From Mobula hypostoma (taxonomy: Eukaryota): a stretch of 64,000 nt of DNA. Shown piece by piece: positions 61,591 through 64,000 of the stretch. The first letter of the stretch is position 1. Every line of letters begins with the position of its first letter. The notes under the pieces were generated by a model. The model was not told the DNA's origin, searched no databases, and saw only the letters and a program-made list of their open reading frames with translations. The translations under genes and the position numbers were made by a program. The stretch covers positions 162,628,001-162,692,000 of the forward strand of contig NC_086097.1 of assembly GCF_963921235.1 (NCBI RefSeq), read 5' to 3'.

Positions 61591-62163
61591 TATTTTACTA
61601 TTATTATTATTATTAATATTATTATCATCCTTTTGGTCTGTTTAAAGAGAATTGTTGCAGCATGCAATAAGACTATTCTGCCCATCTGCAAGCCTAATCC
61701 GACCAGTTAAATCCTCAGTATTTCCCTGTGGCTCTGGAACTTCCTTAGCCCTTAACAATTCAAGATGACCAACGGTTTATATTTCATTATTGAATAACTT
61801 TAATCTGGGAAGCTTCATTTTAGCATTGGGTATAACTGTATCAGAAGTACTTTTATTTCCACAGTCCTTTCAGGAATCAGTGTTTTAAAGATTTGGGACT
61901 GAGGGGAAAGAATTGGTATCATTTCTGTCTTCAGCGAGTGACCACTTAATTTGTAATGGTGACACCCTCCATCCCCCCCCCACCCTATTCTAGGTTCTCT
62001 CACAAGAAATATCCTTCCCATATCCACCACGTTGTCCTGTTTCTATCAAATCACCTCTCGTTCTTCATAACTCAGGTGCATAGAAGCCTGTCCTCATAAA
62101 GCAGCTGCCTATTTCAGGTGTTAGTCTAGCAAAACTTCTCTGCCATGTTCCCAATGCAATAAC

Positions 62164-62411
62164 GGAAAGGAAAGGTACGTTGCATCTGGAGTTTCTCCGA
62201 TTAGCGGATGATTTCCCTCCACGCTTTTCTGATGTACGAGGCAAGTTACAGCAGTAGTTTGCCATTGCCTTCTGCCGGGTGAGTTTCCAAAGAAAATCAC
62301 CAGCTCATAATCCAGCATGGATGGAAAGCGTGTAGGGGAGCCGGTTGGATTCGAACTCGGGACCTTTCATCCCGAAGTCCTGCACTGATGCCACTATGCC
62401 ACCAGCTGTGT
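62164..62411 (-). mobile_element. tRNA-derived SINE with 12-bp TSD and (CCTTT)n tail
   Basis: TSD caatgcaataac (62152-62163, 62412-62423). A box TGGCATAGTGG (62401-62391), B box GAGTTCGAATCC (62358-62347), tail acgtacctttcctttcc. Confidence 0.85.
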
Positions 62412-62739
62412 CAATGCAATAACATCCTTCTTTAAATAATGAAAATAAAGTTTCCCATCTTACTTTCAACAAAGCTTTATGTAGCTAAAGCATAATCTCC
62501 CTACTTTTGTTTTCAATTCCCCAGCAAAAAACAATGATTTTCTGTTTTCCTAATTACTTGCTGTGCTTTAGATAAACTGTCCTTCAGCATACCCAGTCCC
62601 TCTACACCTCCAACCTCTGCAAATTCTCACCATTTGGATAATATGCTTTTGCATTTTTCCCACCACGATGGGCAGTTTTATATTTTTTTTCATATTATAC
62701 TGTACTTGCCGCATTTTTGCCCCCCCCCCCAGACTACCT

Positions 62740-63452
62740 ATATATCAGGGTAGGTCTTACACAGTGCACAGTAGGGCACTGAGGAAGGTGGTAGAACAGA
62801 GGGATCTGGGAATACAGATCCATAATTCCTTGAACTTAGATAGGGTCATAAAGAAACCTTTTGGCACATTGGCTGTCATAAATCAGTGTACTGAGAACCA
62901 GAGTTGAAATGTTATGCTGAAATTATATAAGTCATTGGTAGGGCCTAGTGTCCAGTTTCCGACACGTACCTACAGAAAAGATGTAAATAAGTTTGAAAGA
63001 GTACAGAGAAAATTTAAAAGGATGTTGCAGGACTTAAGATCTGAGTTACAGGGAAAGGTTGAATAGGTTAGGAATTTATTCCCTAGAATGTGAAGGATTG
63101 AGGGGAGATTTGTAGAAGTATACAAAATTATGAGAGGTATAGATAACGTAAATGCAAGCAGGCTTTTTCCACTGAGGTTGCGTGAGACCACAACTAAAGT
63201 TCTTGGGTTAAGAGTGAAAGGGGAAACGTTTAAGTGGAATGTGAGTGAGGATCTGCTTCACTCAGATGGTGGTGAGAATGTGGAATGAGCTGCCAGTACA
63301 AGTGGTAGATGTGTGGTTGATTTCAACATTTAAGAGAAATTTGGATAGGTATATGGATGTGAGGGGTATGGAGGGCTATAGTCTGCGTGCAGGTCGATGG
63401 GACCAGATGAAATGAAGGTCCTGTTTTTGTGCTGTAGTGTTCTTTGACTCTA
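62740..63452 (+). mobile_element. CR1-like LINE 3' region
   Basis: Homologous to 44170-44905 (gtagggcactgagg..gtagaacagagggatctggga..tttcaacatttaagagaaatttggatagg). Confidence 0.85.
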
Positions 63453-64000
63453 TATCCTTTTTGAAGACGTGTGTCCTCTCCACAACTTAGAATAGCACAA
63501 GACTGAGCAGGACATTTGGCCCACTTACTTTCCACTTTGTCATCAATAAACTTGGTAATCGTGCCTTCCATGGCTTTATTCAGGGCAACTTTATAACTTG
63601 AAAGAAGTTAAAGCTCAACACTGATCTCTGTGGCATTTCACCTACTTTTGCAATAATGTTTGTGGCACATTATTAAATATCTTCTGGAGAACTATGTATA
63701 GCTTATCTAGTTATTCCCCTTTATCCTACAGCATATATATTGCTTAATAAAATTCCAATAAACTTGTCAAACATGAATTCTATTTTGAAAAACCATGCCT
63801 AATTAGCTTGAATTTATGAAAGTGTCTTGTTATTGTGCCCTTAATATCAGCTGATATTTCCTGTATGGCAAGCCAACTGGCCCGTCGTTTCCAGAATTTT
63901 ATCTCCCTGATTATGAACAAAGAAATGACATTTTCTGCTTCCTAACCTAGTAATCTCTTCTCTGAATCTAAGGAATTTGGTAAAATTAAAACCAATGCAT

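Larger units (their letters stand above)
61830..63960 (-). mobile_element. Old CR1-like relic interrupted by a SINE and a + strand CR1
   Basis: Degenerate minus-strand CR1 motifs (ccctattctaggttctctcaca; ttgtcatcaataaacttgg; aaaccatgc; caactggcccgtcgtttcc). Confidence 0.55.

Noticed and set aside
62340..62411. tRNA gene
   Set aside because: The A and B boxes belong to a TSD-flanked SINE head; no convincing cloverleaf.

Overview
Eukaryotic, AT-rich, repeat-dense DNA. It is almost certainly from a cartilaginous fish, probably a ray, judging by the HE1-type V-SINE, CR1/HER1-like LINEs, Deu-type SINE relics, Rex1/Babar LINEs and Penelope-like elements. There is no intact host gene, RNA gene or CRISPR array; nearly all listed ORFs are transposon fragments or spurious. 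The window looks like part of a long intron of a + strand gene, with two good short-exon candidates (13118-13131, 32371-32406) and one weaker one (36908-36915). Transposons: a nested, decayed Ty3/Gypsy element (3458-9936); many CR1 and Rex1 fragments; an L1 3' end; Tc1, Tigger and hAT-Charlie derivatives; a TIR element with a 6-bp TSD; and several SINEs. Most interesting signals: (i) Penelope-like pseudo-LTRs with minimal hammerhead ribozyme motifs, present as a TSD-flanked solo unit, as inverted termini around a GIY-YIG remnant, and as short foldbacks; (ii) two Tigger derivatives that each carry the same hAT MITE family, one retaining an open DNA-binding-domain-only ORF whose stop codon comes from the MITE; (iii) DNA transposons that closely resemble eutherian MER1/Charlie3, MER2 and Tigger4, suggesting horizontal transfer; (iv) the micro-exon candidates. 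Family names come from recalled consensus motifs, not database searches. Coordinates of degenerate repeats are approximate.
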